Virus record (IMG/VR): IMGVR_UViG_3300025030_000042
Direction: 5' to 3' (one strand)
Length of the DNA: 64,000 nt
DNA from: a virus
Taxonomy: Duplodnaviria > Caudoviricetes
How positions within the stretch are numbered: position 1 is the first letter of the stretch; every line of letters starts with the position of its first letter. A program made the position numbers and the translations under genes. The notes beneath the pieces were generated by a model that saw nothing but the letters and a program-made list of their open reading frames with translations, made no database searches and was not told the origin of the DNA. This document shows positions 30,993-41,039 of the stretch, piece after piece.

Positions 30993-31234
30993 TTTCTATT
31001 TTCTTCCAGTTCCTTTTTCATTTCACTTAAATCTTTTCTTATTTCTTCAATATGTTTTTTTGTTACTTTTCCGACATTGCTGGATTGAACAATCGTCGGA
31101 ATAGTTAAAACATTTACCATTGATTTTTTTGAACCACACCTGTCACAATCTTTTGATTCACCACACTCATCTGGAGAATGATTTAATGTGATTATCGCTT
31201 CGCATTTTTCACATTCATAAGCATATCGTGGCAT
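30989..31234 (-). CDS. FmdB-family zinc-ribbon protein
   Basis: MPRYAYECEKC...CDRCGS is the MPxYxYxCxxC...CxxCG FmdB signature; start reassigned to ATG at 31234. Confidence 0.85.
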   Translation of the reverse strand: MPRYAYECEKCEAIITLNHSPDECGESKDCDRCGSKKSMVNVLTIPTIVQSSNVGKVTKKHIEEIRKDLSEMKKELEENRK

Positions 31235-31235
31235 T

Positions 31236-31433
31236 TTATTCTTCCGATTGTTCTTCATCATTTAGATTGATTTGAAACTTTGGCGGATTTATAACTTCCA
31301 ACTCTCCTTGATCGTTTTTAACAAACTCCAAGTCTTTTAGAATTTCAACAATGTCACTTTGTTCTGCCAATGACTTTACAAGCGCCATTGTTAAACAGCT
31401 CATACTTTGATGACTCAACTTTAAATTTTCCAT
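31236..31433 (-). CDS. Hypothetical protein, 65 aa
   Basis: Short ORF coupled to both neighbours. Confidence 0.6.
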   Translation of the reverse strand: MENLKLSHQSMSCLTMALVKSLAEQSDIVEILKDLEFVKNDQGELEVINPPKFQINLNDEEQSEE

Positions 31434-32422
31434 TTTTGACTCCCCTTAGTAATCTCTTGTTTTATTAAAAGTTCATCTGAATCATACATCATTTTTACGA
31501 GTTTTTCAAATTTTATTTTTGGTATCCAACCAAGATTCTTTTTTGCTTTTGAATAATCGCCCAACAGAAGAGGAACTTCTTGTGGTCTGAAATATTTAGG
31601 ATCTATTTCTACATATTTCATAGGATCACCAAGCCCAGCATATTCAAAAGTTAAATCAAGAAACTCACGAATAGAATGAGTTTCACCAGAGCAAATAACA
31701 TAATCTTCTGGAGTTTGTTGTTGTAACATCAAATACATAGCTTCGACATAATCTTTTGCGTGACCCCAATCTCGTTTCGCTTCAAGATTACCTAAATAAA
31801 GTTTATCTTGTAACCCATATTTTATTCTTGCTGCCGCTAATGTTATTTTGCGCGTTACAAATGTTTCACCGCGACGCTCCGATTCATGGTTAAACAATAT
31901 TCCAGAACACGCAAATAAACCATAAGACCTACGATAAACGTCAACCATGTGATGTGCTGCAAGTTTAGAAATGGCATAAATTGAAGAAGGAATGGTGATA
32001 GATTCTTCGTTTAATGGTATTTTTGAATTTATACCATAAATTTCACTAGAACTAGCTTGATAATATTTTGATTCTGGTATTATTGTTTTATACGCATTCA
32101 ACAACCTTAAGGTTCCCAAAACTATTCCATCGGCAGTATTTTCACTCAAATCAAAAGAAACCCTGACGTGGGACTGCGCAGCTAAATTATAAATTTCATC
32201 TGGTTTATATAAGTTTAATAATTCATACATTCTTCCAGAGTCATTCAAATCAAAATATTCAAGTTTAAAATTTAAATTATTTAACAAATGATCTATTCTA
32301 CAAGTATTTATTAAACTTGTTCTTCGCTTTAATCCAATAACAAAATATCCTTTATTAAGAAGGAACTCTGAAAGAAAACTTCCATCTTGACCACTAACAC
32401 CAGTTATTAATGCGGTTTTCAT
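31421..32422 (-). CDS. gmd: GDP-mannose 4,6-dehydratase (copy 1)
   Basis: KTALITGVSGQDGSFL, YNLAAQSHVRVSF, YQASSSE, YAISK, GILFNHESERRGETFVTRKIT, LGNLEAKRDWGHAKDYV. Confidence 0.97.
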   Translation of the reverse strand: MKTALITGVSGQDGSFLSEFLLNKGYFVIGLKRRTSLINTCRIDHLLNNLNFKLEYFDLNDSGRMYELLNLYKPDEIYNLAAQSHVRVSFDLSENTADGIVLGTLRLLNAYKTIIPESKYYQASSSEIYGINSKIPLNEESITIPSSIYAISKLAAHHMVDVYRRSYGLFACSGILFNHESERRGETFVTRKITLAAARIKYGLQDKLYLGNLEAKRDWGHAKDYVEAMYLMLQQQTPEDYVICSGETHSIREFLDLTFEYAGLGDPMKYVEIDPKYFRPQEVPLLLGDYSKAKKNLGWIPKIKFEKLVKMMYDSDELLIKQEITKGSQKWKI

Positions 32423-33147
32423 ATTATTTTATCCTTCCAATTATAAAAATTTTCCACCAGCATTTTTACCCATTCTTTAAATTTTACAATTGTCATATCT
32501 CTTTTGGATTTATTACATACCTCACAACAGGTAACACAATTATCTTTTGTATATCCCAAACTATTATTCACCCTATCTATTCCATTATATGTATATCCTC
32601 CATAATTTCCATTAGAAGGTTTTCTATATGTAGAAGGAACGGATGAGCAATAAAAACAATTCGCATCAATAAAATCTTTAAATTCTTGTCTTGTTAAAGA
32701 AAATTCTATATTTTTTCTTTCAGCAGCTTTTTTATATCCCAACATTATTCTATTTACAGTTCCTTCTCCAAAATCCATACGATTAAATCTATAACACCCA
32801 CAACTTGTTGAATTTCCACTTATTATATTTGATGTTTTGATCCAAACTTCATTACCACAATCGCAAATACACAATACTTTATCATTGTCAAAAGTATCTG
32901 TAACAAACAAATATTTAAATTTCTTATTTTTTACTTTTTCTCTTGAAATATCTCTTCTTTTACAATTATTTAAAGATTTTTTACACCCACAACTTTTTCT
33001 ACTACCTCTGTGCCTCACTAATTCCCCTGTTTTTATCCAAACTTCATTACTGCAATCGCAAATACACAACCTTTTTCCACTTTTCATTTCATTTGTAGCT
33101 ACAAGTTTATCAAATCTATTTCCCAATAAATCCATCATTTTTCCCAT
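32419..33147 (-). mobile_element. Free-standing HNH homing endonuclease gene
   Basis: Two CICDC(S/G)NEVWIKT...SCGC repeats, then CFYC...NGIDRVNNSLGYTKDNCVTCCEVCNKSK (HNH); splits the normally adjacent gmd-fcl pair. Confidence 0.88.
32840..33069. repeat. 35-bp internal direct repeat (2 mismatches) in the HNH gene
   Basis: atccaaacttcattac(ca/tg)caatcgcaaatacacaa at 32840-32874 and 33035-33069, encoding the duplicated LCICDCxNEVWIK module. Confidence 0.9.
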
Positions 33148-34075
33148 TTATTCCTCTCAAATTTGGATAGTTACTTTCAAAATGTTCGCAAACTTCTTCA
33201 AGCACTTCTTTTAGAGGAGTATAATCTGTTTTCTTCCAGCCTGTCAATCCCAAAAACTTCTTGTTGCAAGATGGTTTTAAATATTGGCCGGTTGGTTGAG
33301 AAACATCCCAAATAATATTTTCTTTTCTAAAACCTAAAATATCGCAAATCATATTAACGACTTGCCTAATAGAATGTGACTGCGTATTACCAACATTTAA
33401 AGGATATTCGTAGTCATATTTTTCCAATATTAGTTTAATAATCTTTGCTATATCTTTTGAACTTGTAAACTCACGCCACGCAGAGCCATCGCCCCAAATA
33501 GTTGCCTTCGTATTATTCTTTTTTGCTTCATATATTTTTCTTATCAATGCTGGAACTACGTGTGATCCATTCAAATCATAGTTATCGTTTACTCCAACCA
33601 AATTGTTTGGAACTATCGTAACAAAGTTACATCCATATTGTTTACGATATGCTCTTGATTGAATATCCAAAGCGCGTTTAGCGTAAGCGTATCCAAAGTT
33701 AGAAATATGTGGCTCTCCTAAATGTATTTTATCTTCAGTTAGCGGATGTTCTATAATATCAGGAAATATACAACTTGACATTAGAGACACAACTTTTTTA
33801 ACATTATATCTTCTTGAATATTCAAGAACATTCGTATTCATTTTTATATTGTCGTAAAAAAACTCTCCAAGATGTTCTTGATTATTTTTAACTCCACCCA
33901 CTCTTGCCGCCAAATGAATAACACATTCTGGGCAATACTTTTTAAACATAGCGTTACACTCTTCTTCACTTCTTAAATCATATTGTGAAGATGAAACATA
34001 AATCGCTTCTGGATATATTTCTTTTAAAGCGGTGCCAAGCATACCAGAACCGCCGGTAGTTAAAATATTTTTCAT
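33116..34075 (-). CDS. fcl: GDP-L-fucose synthase
   Basis: ILTTGGSGMLG, VIHLAARVGGV, SSCIFPD, YAYAKR, SHVVPALIRK, IWGDGSAWREF. Confidence 0.95.
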   Translation of the reverse strand: MKNILTTGGSGMLGTALKEIYPEAIYVSSSQYDLRSEEECNAMFKKYCPECVIHLAARVGGVKNNQEHLGEFFYDNIKMNTNVLEYSRRYNVKKVVSLMSSCIFPDIIEHPLTEDKIHLGEPHISNFGYAYAKRALDIQSRAYRKQYGCNFVTIVPNNLVGVNDNYDLNGSHVVPALIRKIYEAKKNNTKATIWGDGSAWREFTSSKDIAKIIKLILEKYDYEYPLNVGNTQSHSIRQVVNMICDILGFRKENIIWDVSQPTGQYLKPSCNKKFLGLTGWKKTDYTPLKEVLEEVCEHFESNYPNLRGINGKNDGFIGK

Positions 34076-34779
34076 TTTTTACACCCACCGTGTAATCCAC
34101 ACTCTTTTTGCTCTGAAGGAGCCTCCCAGCGCCACCGACCACTTCTTATATGATCCCAACGACAGGTTTTGTTAGAACAACAAGCACATCCAATACTGGA
34201 ATAACCCTCATAAAATAAAGGATTTATTTCTATCTTATTTTCTTTTATATATTCCCAAACTTCTTCTTCTGTCCAGTCGGCAAGAGGATTTATTTTCTTT
34301 TTTCCCGGATTCACAAAATCGTCTTCAATATTTTTTAGGTTATTTCTTGTATCGGATTGTCCATTTCTTAGTCCAGTAATCCAAGCATCACAAGATTTTA
34401 ACGCTCTTTGAAGAGGTTCTACTTTTCTTATATGACAGCATTCTTTTCTATTTTCAACCGATTCTCTAAATCCATTTATTCCATACTGATTAACATATTT
34501 TTCAACATTTTGTGCTTCTGGAAAGAAGATTTTGAAATCAAGATTTTCTTTATATTCGTCTATAATAAAAGAAATATATTGATATGTTTCATTATGAAGA
34601 CGACCGGTATCAAGAATAACAACGCTATATTTTTCTGTTGTCTTTTGTCCTATTTTTGATATCATATCAAGAACAACCGTTCCTTCTAAACCCAGAGAAG
34701 TGACCAATGTTATTCTTTCTCTGTACTGATTTAAGATTTGTTCAAGAAACTTTGCTGTATTTAAAACTTTATTTTTCAT
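34072..34779 (-). CDS. cysH: APS/PAPS reductase
   Basis: LDTGRLHNETY, ECCHIRKVEPL, WITGLR, KINPLADW, GYSSIGCACC, RSGRWRW, KECGLH. Confidence 0.93.
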   Translation of the reverse strand: MKNKVLNTAKFLEQILNQYRERITLVTSLGLEGTVVLDMISKIGQKTTEKYSVVILDTGRLHNETYQYISFIIDEYKENLDFKIFFPEAQNVEKYVNQYGINGFRESVENRKECCHIRKVEPLQRALKSCDAWITGLRNGQSDTRNNLKNIEDDFVNPGKKKINPLADWTEEEVWEYIKENKIEINPLFYEGYSSIGCACCSNKTCRWDHIRSGRWRWEAPSEQKECGLHGGCKK

Positions 34780-35224
34780 CTCTTTCTATTTTCCACTCTT
34801 CTTTATTACCGTCTTTATCATATTGTTCTCTATTTCCAAGAACGCGTAATCTGACATCATTTACTACAATATCCCCTTCTTTTAATCGTTTACTGTTTTT
34901 TTCTGTTATTATAGTTCCCGCGCCAATAACACACTTATCTGGAATGTTTGACCCAGCAAGAATAATCGCTCCCGCACCAACCCACACATCATTTCCAATA
35001 ACGGTGGGTATAGTTACAATACGATTAGTATTTTCTGCGTTCATAGTGGATTCAATACTTTTTATCACGTGTTCAGCACTGTGGACAATCACTCCAGGTC
35101 CAAATAGAGTGTTTTCTCCTATTGTTATACCACCTCTGGCATTAAACCAACAGTTATCATTATAGCCACTTCCTTTTCCCATTTTAAATCTTTCTGGGTA
35201 ATTAATCACTACATTTTTGCTCAT
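34769..35224 (-). CDS. Hexapeptide-repeat (LbH) O-acetyltransferase
   Basis: ITIGENTLFGPGVIV...VIGNDVWVGAGAIILAG...VIGAGTII. Confidence 0.88.
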   Translation of the reverse strand: MSKNVVINYPERFKMGKGSGYNDNCWFNARGGITIGENTLFGPGVIVHSAEHVIKSIESTMNAENTNRIVTIPTVIGNDVWVGAGAIILAGSNIPDKCVIGAGTIITEKNSKRLKEGDIVVNDVRLRVLGNREQYDKDGNKEEWKIERDEK

Positions 35225-35225
35225 T

Positions 35226-35915
35226 TTATTTTACCATCAGAAGTTCTGCCAATCGAAAATCAACTTCGGTATCAATATCTACGCTTCTTTCTCTCGACAT
35301 ATAATAACCTTTAATTTTCCCACCAAAAAAATGTCCTTCTTCAAGAAACATTTTTCTTTTACATCCATATAATGCCCCATTTGGTCTATATTTCTTTTCC
35401 CAATCTTGAGATCTTGTATTATTATTGGCAAATGGCTTATCGGGATTATTTTCAGTTACAAAGTTACCATCAAACCGTAAAGATAACTCTGGAGGAAACT
35501 CATAATCCGTGATAGACACCACCCCATCACAAGCATATAAGAGTTTTTTGGCGGCCCGAACATCTTCTTTTATTCGCAACGGACAAGTCGGTAATGCCAA
35601 CCAAACTTCAGCAAATCTATTATTATTTTCTATTTCCTCTTGAACATAATGCCAAACCGTATCAATAACTTTGCTCGTGTTTGTGGATAAATGTTCTGGT
35701 CTCTTTGAGATATTAAAATATTTTTGATACCCACTATGCTTTGTTGCGATATCCAAAATCTCATCGTCATCAGAAGTAAAAATAATCTTTTCAAACTCTC
35801 CACAAACAGCATCAAGCGTCCAATAAACAAGTGGTTGTCCAGATAGTTCTTTGATGTTTTTCTTTTTTAATCTCTGACTTCCACCTCTCGCCGGAACAAC
35901 AAGTAATCTTGACAT
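35226..35915 (-). CDS. neuA: CMP-N-acylneuraminate (nonulosonate) cytidylyltransferase
   Basis: VVPARGGSQRLKKKNIKEL, KRPEHLS, PTCPLR, YRPNGALY, SVDIDTEVDF. Confidence 0.92.
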   Translation of the reverse strand: MSRLLVVPARGGSQRLKKKNIKELSGQPLVYWTLDAVCGEFEKIIFTSDDDEILDIATKHSGYQKYFNISKRPEHLSTNTSKVIDTVWHYVQEEIENNNRFAEVWLALPTCPLRIKEDVRAAKKLLYACDGVVSITDYEFPPELSLRFDGNFVTENNPDKPFANNNTRSQDWEKKYRPNGALYGCKRKMFLEEGHFFGGKIKGYYMSRERSVDIDTEVDFRLAELLMVK

Positions 35916-36802
35916 TATTCCTCCCCTATTGCTATGCGATAAAGATATTCGGAATATTTATTTTTACCCAATCCTTCAGAAAGTTTTATTAGTTGCTCTT
36001 TATTTATCCAGCCTTTATTGAAGGCAATCTCTTCAATACAAGATATCATAAGTCCTTGCCGACTTTGAACAGTATATACGAAAGTTGAACTCTCCAATAA
36101 ACTATCATATGTTCCAGAATCAAAATAAGTATATCCTCGTCCCATTTGAACGAGTTCAAGTCTATTTTCTTCAAGATATTTATTGTTTACTGAAGTTATT
36201 TCAAGTTCTCCGCGTTCGGATGGTTCAATATTTTTCGCTACACTTACAACATCTGAATCATACATATAAAGACCAACTACAGCATAGTTGGATTTTGGCT
36301 TTTTTGGTTTTTCTTCAATACTGGATATTTTCCCATTTCTTTTATCTATTTTGACCACACCATATCTTTCCGGATTGTTGACACGATACGAAAATATCAC
36401 TCCATTCCTTTTATTTTTTACAACTTCTATACCCTTTTTTAAAACATCTTCCGATATATCCGCCCCATAAAAAATATTGTCTCCCAAAATAAGACAAACA
36501 TCATCATTTTTTATAAAATCTTCTGCTACAACAAAAGCATCCGCTATACCACGAGGAGCAGTTTGTATGGCATATGAAATATTTATTCCAAGATGTTTTC
36601 CATCTTTCAAAAGTTTTTGAAACTGTTCTTTATCTTCTGGATTACATATAATCAATACATCTTTGATATCCGCCAGCATTAGTGTTGAAAGAGGATAATA
36701 GACCATCGGTTTATCGTAAACCGATAATAAAGATTTCGTTGTTGTTTTGGTTATTGGATACAACCTTGTACCTCTGCCGCCGGCTAAAATAATACCTTTC
36801 AT
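35915..36802 (-). CDS. rfbA: Glucose-1-phosphate thymidylyltransferase
   Basis: MKGIILAGGRGTRLYPIT, VYDKPMVYYPL, LILGDNIFYG, EEKPKKPKSNYAVVGLY, RGELEIT. Confidence 0.97.
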   Translation of the reverse strand: MKGIILAGGRGTRLYPITKTTTKSLLSVYDKPMVYYPLSTLMLADIKDVLIICNPEDKEQFQKLLKDGKHLGINISYAIQTAPRGIADAFVVAEDFIKNDDVCLILGDNIFYGADISEDVLKKGIEVVKNKRNGVIFSYRVNNPERYGVVKIDKRNGKISSIEEKPKKPKSNYAVVGLYMYDSDVVSVAKNIEPSERGELEITSVNNKYLEENRLELVQMGRGYTYFDSGTYDSLLESSTFVYTVQSRQGLMISCIEEIAFNKGWINKEQLIKLSEGLGKNKYSEYLYRIAIGEE

Positions 36803-37761
36803 AAGCTATTTAAAAAACTCCTCATTTTTTCTATCCTATCATCATTTTCGGGCAGTTTTTTTTCTTTATCAATATGATATTTAAGTATTTGTTTTTCTTC
36901 GGGTATTTTAAGCATATATGATTTTCTAAATGATTTTTTTATCTGTTCTATGCCGTTCTCATCTTTAAAGTTTGACGCAACAGAAACAGCGTCCACCATT
37001 TTTCTGAAGTTTTCGGTCCAATCTGTTTGTGTAATCCATTTATTTTGAGGCGGGAAATGTTCTTCTATACCCTTTATTCTCTCCGACCCTTCACCGTGAT
37101 AGATAAAATCTATATCATTTAATCTTATGCTGTTTCCCCACACGACACTCAAATAATCTATTATCTGTCCCGTAAATCTGAAGTTAGTTGGATCTGCTAT
37201 AGAAAGCAAACCGAAACTTTTTATAGCATCCGTTGTTCTCATTACATTATGCCAGTTAGAATGTGGACCCTTTGATTGTTCTATTATTCTCTCCTCACTA
37301 GATAAGCCAACAATAGAGCATAAATAAGTCCCATAAATATTTTCATATAACTTTTGTGGATTATTATTATAAAATCTTTTAACACTCCCGCGCGCCGAGG
37401 ACATATTTAAATGATTTTCTAAATATCCTACAATATATAATATTCCATTTGTAGTGAAATAATCATCATTATCAATAATAACACAATATTCTGTTCTAAT
37501 ACTTTTAACAGTTTCAAACATTTTATTATGAAAATCTGTTAAAGTGGAATCATAAGGAAACTTTCTATACTCACAGTTTACATTTGTGTAATGTAATAGC
37601 TCTCGACTTAAATCTTTATCCCCACCATCGGCAAATATAATCTTTATTGGATTTCCTAAGTATTCAAGATCCTTTGATAATAAATCTAAAAATCTAAAAG
37701 TGCATTGTTCTCTTCCTTTAAGTGGAACAATAATGGTTATTTTTTCGTAAAGTTCTTTCAT
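36799..37761 (-). CDS. GT2-like glycosyltransferase (TIGR00180-like)
   Basis: ITIIVPLKGR...IIFADGG...CVIIDNDDYF (GT-A DxD). Confidence 0.75.
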   Translation of the reverse strand: MKELYEKITIIVPLKGREQCTFRFLDLLSKDLEYLGNPIKIIFADGGDKDLSRELLHYTNVNCEYRKFPYDSTLTDFHNKMFETVKSIRTEYCVIIDNDDYFTTNGILYIVGYLENHLNMSSARGSVKRFYNNNPQKLYENIYGTYLCSIVGLSSEERIIEQSKGPHSNWHNVMRTTDAIKSFGLLSIADPTNFRFTGQIIDYLSVVWGNSIRLNDIDFIYHGEGSERIKGIEEHFPPQNKWITQTDWTENFRKMVDAVSVASNFKDENGIEQIKKSFRKSYMLKIPEEKQILKYHIDKEKKLPENDDRIEKMRSFLNSL

Positions 37762-38487
37762 TTATTTTATTCTTCTAATATATCCATCGGGTTGACACGA
37801 TAATAATAACTTATTCTGTATATCCGTGTCAATTTCAAAGTTTGTATTTTCTTTTAAAAACTGTTGTAATGCTGTCCTTGGATTATTTCCCTTTCCCCAA
37901 GGTCTTTCGCGAGATGTCTTATCGTCCTCAAAATCTTCAATAATCGTATCACAAACGACAATATAATCGCCAACATTTAAAAACTGGGAATATAGTTTAA
38001 GTTCTTGATACACATGCTCGTGTGTGTGATTGCTATCAAGGATTATAAACGTAGAATCCCCGAACTTATATTTTTTAACGAGTTCAAGAACATCATTACT
38101 TACAGAATCTCCCTCTATAAAACACAAATCGCAGTTTCCTTTGTTTTTGTTTTCCACTCTTTTCTTTAAATCTTCTGGAATATATTTATCAATAGCAATA
38201 ACGAGTCCCGTTCTCTTCAAATGAGAAATAAAAAGAGATGTTCCAGCCCAACAAACACCCACTTCTATGATTGTTGTTGGTTTTGTTTTATATATTATTT
38301 CTTGTATCGCAAACAAATCTTGTGGCAGTTGAAGAGATGGTTCTCCGGCAAATGTCGTTTGATGAATCCAATGATATGAATCTGCTTTTTGAAGTATTTT
38401 GCTCATTTGATTAATAAGTTTTTTATCAAGAAACATCCTTTTTGCTTCTTCTTTTCTCATATGTTCAAACTCTTCGCGTGTATACAT
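37762..38487 (-). CDS. CmcI / cephalosporin-hydroxylase-family SAM-dependent (sugar O-)methyltransferase-like protein
   Basis: LQLPQDLFAIQEII..TKPTTIIEVGV..AGT, ILDSNHTHEHV, GDYIVVCDTIIE, WGKGNNP; start reassigned to ATG at 38487 (GAGGA upstream). Confidence 0.88.
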   Translation of the reverse strand: MYTREEFEHMRKEEAKRMFLDKKLINQMSKILQKADSYHWIHQTTFAGEPSLQLPQDLFAIQEIIYKTKPTTIIEVGVCWAGTSLFISHLKRTGLVIAIDKYIPEDLKKRVENKNKGNCDLCFIEGDSVSNDVLELVKKYKFGDSTFIILDSNHTHEHVYQELKLYSQFLNVGDYIVVCDTIIEDFEDDKTSRERPWGKGNNPRTALQQFLKENTNFEIDTDIQNKLLLSCQPDGYIRRIK

Positions 38488-38488
38488 T

Positions 38489-39415
38489 TTATTCCTCTTC
38501 AAAAAGTCTCTTTATTTCGTCCATTTCTTTTTTGTAGTTAAAATAAGAAGTTATAAATTTCACATCTCCGCACAATCCATTATAGTTCTTATAATGATTT
38601 TCTAATAGAGATTTAATAAAATTTTGTATTTCAAATTTATTATATTTTACATCCATTTTTCCCATCAGAAAAGAACCTAGTGGTTCTAAAAATTCTGGCG
38701 TAAAAGAGATACTTGGATCAAATTCAAAATTTAACTCTCTTTTAATATCTTCTCTTTCTATTAAATGTTCTTCTATACCGGAACTAATCATATATGGAGT
38801 TAATAATTTTTCCAAACGACCATTTATACAACACAAAAAAACAAATAATCTATCGGCAAACAAGATAGAATCAATTTTTGGATTTTTCTTTAAAAATTCA
38901 AAATAAAATCTATACATTTCAGATCTTAAAACGGAATGTTGACGAGCATGATAAAAATCAAAATAATATAATAATCTTGAAAATATTCTATCGGTTTTTA
39001 AAGGATTTTGTATTTGGTTATTAACCGCCTTAATATAATTCGTTTTAATGGTTAAATCTTTTTTTTGAATGTGATATTTAAAATATTCTCCATCGCAAGA
39101 AATACATTTAGGATCTTGTCTCATGTGCTCCAAACACTTAATAATACCGTCTTTAAAAATAATATCATCATCCGGACACTCTACAATATAATTTGTATTT
39201 ACCATTTGAGCAATAATATTCATTTTGTCAAAATATTTCATAGATCCGAAATAGATATATTCGAATCCAGATGGAACTAAATCTTTATACTCCTCCTTTG
39301 AACTGTCACAAATAATCTTACGACATTCAAAATCAGAATAATATTTAAATATTCTTTTTAAATTATAGTGACGATCGCGGACTGGAACAATAAGAGTTAG
39401 ATCGTTTATTTTCAT
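38489..39415 (-). CDS. GT2-like glycosyltransferase (TIGR00180-like), second paralogue
   Basis: LTLIVPVRDRH...IICDSS...VECPDDDIIF. Confidence 0.75.
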   Translation of the reverse strand: MKINDLTLIVPVRDRHYNLKRIFKYYSDFECRKIICDSSKEEYKDLVPSGFEYIYFGSMKYFDKMNIIAQMVNTNYIVECPDDDIIFKDGIIKCLEHMRQDPKCISCDGEYFKYHIQKKDLTIKTNYIKAVNNQIQNPLKTDRIFSRLLYYFDFYHARQHSVLRSEMYRFYFEFLKKNPKIDSILFADRLFVFLCCINGRLEKLLTPYMISSGIEEHLIEREDIKRELNFEFDPSISFTPEFLEPLGSFLMGKMDVKYNKFEIQNFIKSLLENHYKNYNGLCGDVKFITSYFNYKKEMDEIKRLFEEE

Positions 39416-39419
39416 ATAT

Positions 39420-40547
39420 TTAATGTTTTATGTGAGTTAAATAAGACTTAATACAATCACATATATATTTTTGTTGTCCTCGTGTCAAACTGAAGGAGCA
39501 CGGAAGGTTAATGCCACGATTAGAAATATCATAAGCGACTTTATTTTTGTCTTTATATTGTTCCGATAGACTAAACGCTGGTAGAGAAGAAACTGGATAA
39601 AAGAACCTTCTTGCGGGAACATTCATATCGTTTAAGAAGTTTAATAACTTTTCAATGTTTATTTTTTGTAACTCCCCAAATAAAACCGTAGTCACCCAAG
39701 CAGAGTTATAAGTTTGTTCATCTTCATAATTAAAATATATATCATCAATGCTTGAAAGTTGTTCTTTATAATATTCAAACTGTTCTCTCTTGATATGAAG
39801 CAAAAGATCTATTTTTTCAAGTTGTGCACAAGCTAACGCACCTTGAATATTTGTTGGCATAAACTTTAATGAAACCAAATCATTAAAATATGGCTTTGTT
39901 GAATGTCCTCGTCCCAAATCTCTCAACATATAGCACTTATCATAAACCTCTTTATTATCTGTCAATAGTGCGCCACCCTCCAAAGTCGCCAAAGTTTTCG
40001 TCCGATGTAAGGAAAAAACCGACACATCTCCAAATGTCCCACATTGTCTTCCATTTAGTTTTGAACCCAATGCTTCAGCGCCATCTTGTATCAAAAATAG
40101 ATTATATTTTTTTGCTATATCCTCAAGTCTACTCCAGTTCGACATATTACCATAAATGTCCACCACTATAACCGCACGAGTCTTATCGGTTATATTTTTT
40201 TCTACTTCTTTTGGAGATATACACCAAGTTTGTTTATCAACATCTACAAAAACTGGCTTTGCTCCTAAAACCGATGTTGGAAAAACAGAAGCAGCCCAAG
40301 TAAAATCTGGAACTATTACTTCATCTCCTTGTTTTATATTTTGTGATTGCTGTGATATATATAAAGCACTCGTGCAGGAGGGTAAAAGAAGACAATATTT
40401 TCTTCCTATGTATTGGGCAAAATCTTTTTCAAACTTCTCTACGAAATAATATTTTTTAGATCCCTCAACATTTTTCAAAGCCTCGGTAACATATTCTATT
40501 TCCAGATTATCATAATACGGACCAGAAAAATCAGTTATTTTGTTCAT
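39420..40547 (-). CDS. DegT/DnrJ PLP sugar aminotransferase (perosamine synthetase-like)
   Basis: PSCTSAL, GDEVIVPDFTW, VDIYGN, QDGAEALG, SLHRTKTLATLEGG (PLP Lys). Confidence 0.92.
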   Translation of the reverse strand: MNKITDFSGPYYDNLEIEYVTEALKNVEGSKKYYFVEKFEKDFAQYIGRKYCLLLPSCTSALYISQQSQNIKQGDEVIVPDFTWAASVFPTSVLGAKPVFVDVDKQTWCISPKEVEKNITDKTRAVIVVDIYGNMSNWSRLEDIAKKYNLFLIQDGAEALGSKLNGRQCGTFGDVSVFSLHRTKTLATLEGGALLTDNKEVYDKCYMLRDLGRGHSTKPYFNDLVSLKFMPTNIQGALACAQLEKIDLLLHIKREQFEYYKEQLSSIDDIYFNYEDEQTYNSAWVTTVLFGELQKINIEKLLNFLNDMNVPARRFFYPVSSLPAFSLSEQYKDKNKVAYDISNRGINLPCSFSLTRGQQKYICDCIKSYLTHIKH

Positions 40548-40843
40548 TTCTCATCCTTCTTTAAATAATCAACACAAACATCTCTCAATCTTTTAACTTC
40601 TTTTGGAGACAACAGAAATTCATCCCAGTGACCATATTTACTAGTCTTTCCAAAAATATATTTTATTCCCGCCCATAACCTCTTGAAAAATGTTTTTTCT
40701 CTTAAAGAAACAATAACATACATATAATCATCATTTTCATTGTGATCATTAAAATATGATATACGAAAAGTGTGATCGAAATCCGAACAATCACAAGTAA
40801 AATACTCCATTTTCATCATTTCATCTGTAAACGACATTGGCAT
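40544..40843 (-). CDS. Hypothetical protein, 99 aa
   Basis: Coupled ORF with CDC..DH motif; no known family recognised. Confidence 0.6.
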   Translation of the reverse strand: MPMSFTDEMMKMEYFTCDCSDFDHTFRISYFNDHNENDDYMYVIVSLREKTFFKRLWAGIKYIFGKTSKYGHWDEFLLSPKEVKRLRDVCVDYLKKDEK

Positions 40844-41039
40844 ATTCCAAAAACTCCCGTGAAAAAAAATAATTTCTCCAATATGGCGTTGAATAAAAAT
40901 TAGGTACTTTAATCCAAAAAATTTTATATCTTTTTATTCTATCTAACTTACGTATTTTATATATTACTCCCAAAGAAAAATTAGTTTTATTATCACCCCT
41001 ATATGTTACCAAATCACCAATGAAAAACTCTTCACACAT
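40821..41039 (-). CDS. Small KVGDL-family protein, 72 aa
   Basis: FFIGDLVTY...LGVIYKI...YKIFWI. Confidence 0.7.
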   Translation of the reverse strand: MCEEFFIGDLVTYRGDNKTNFSLGVIYKIRKLDRIKRYKIFWIKVPNFYSTPYWRNYFFSREFLEYANVVYR

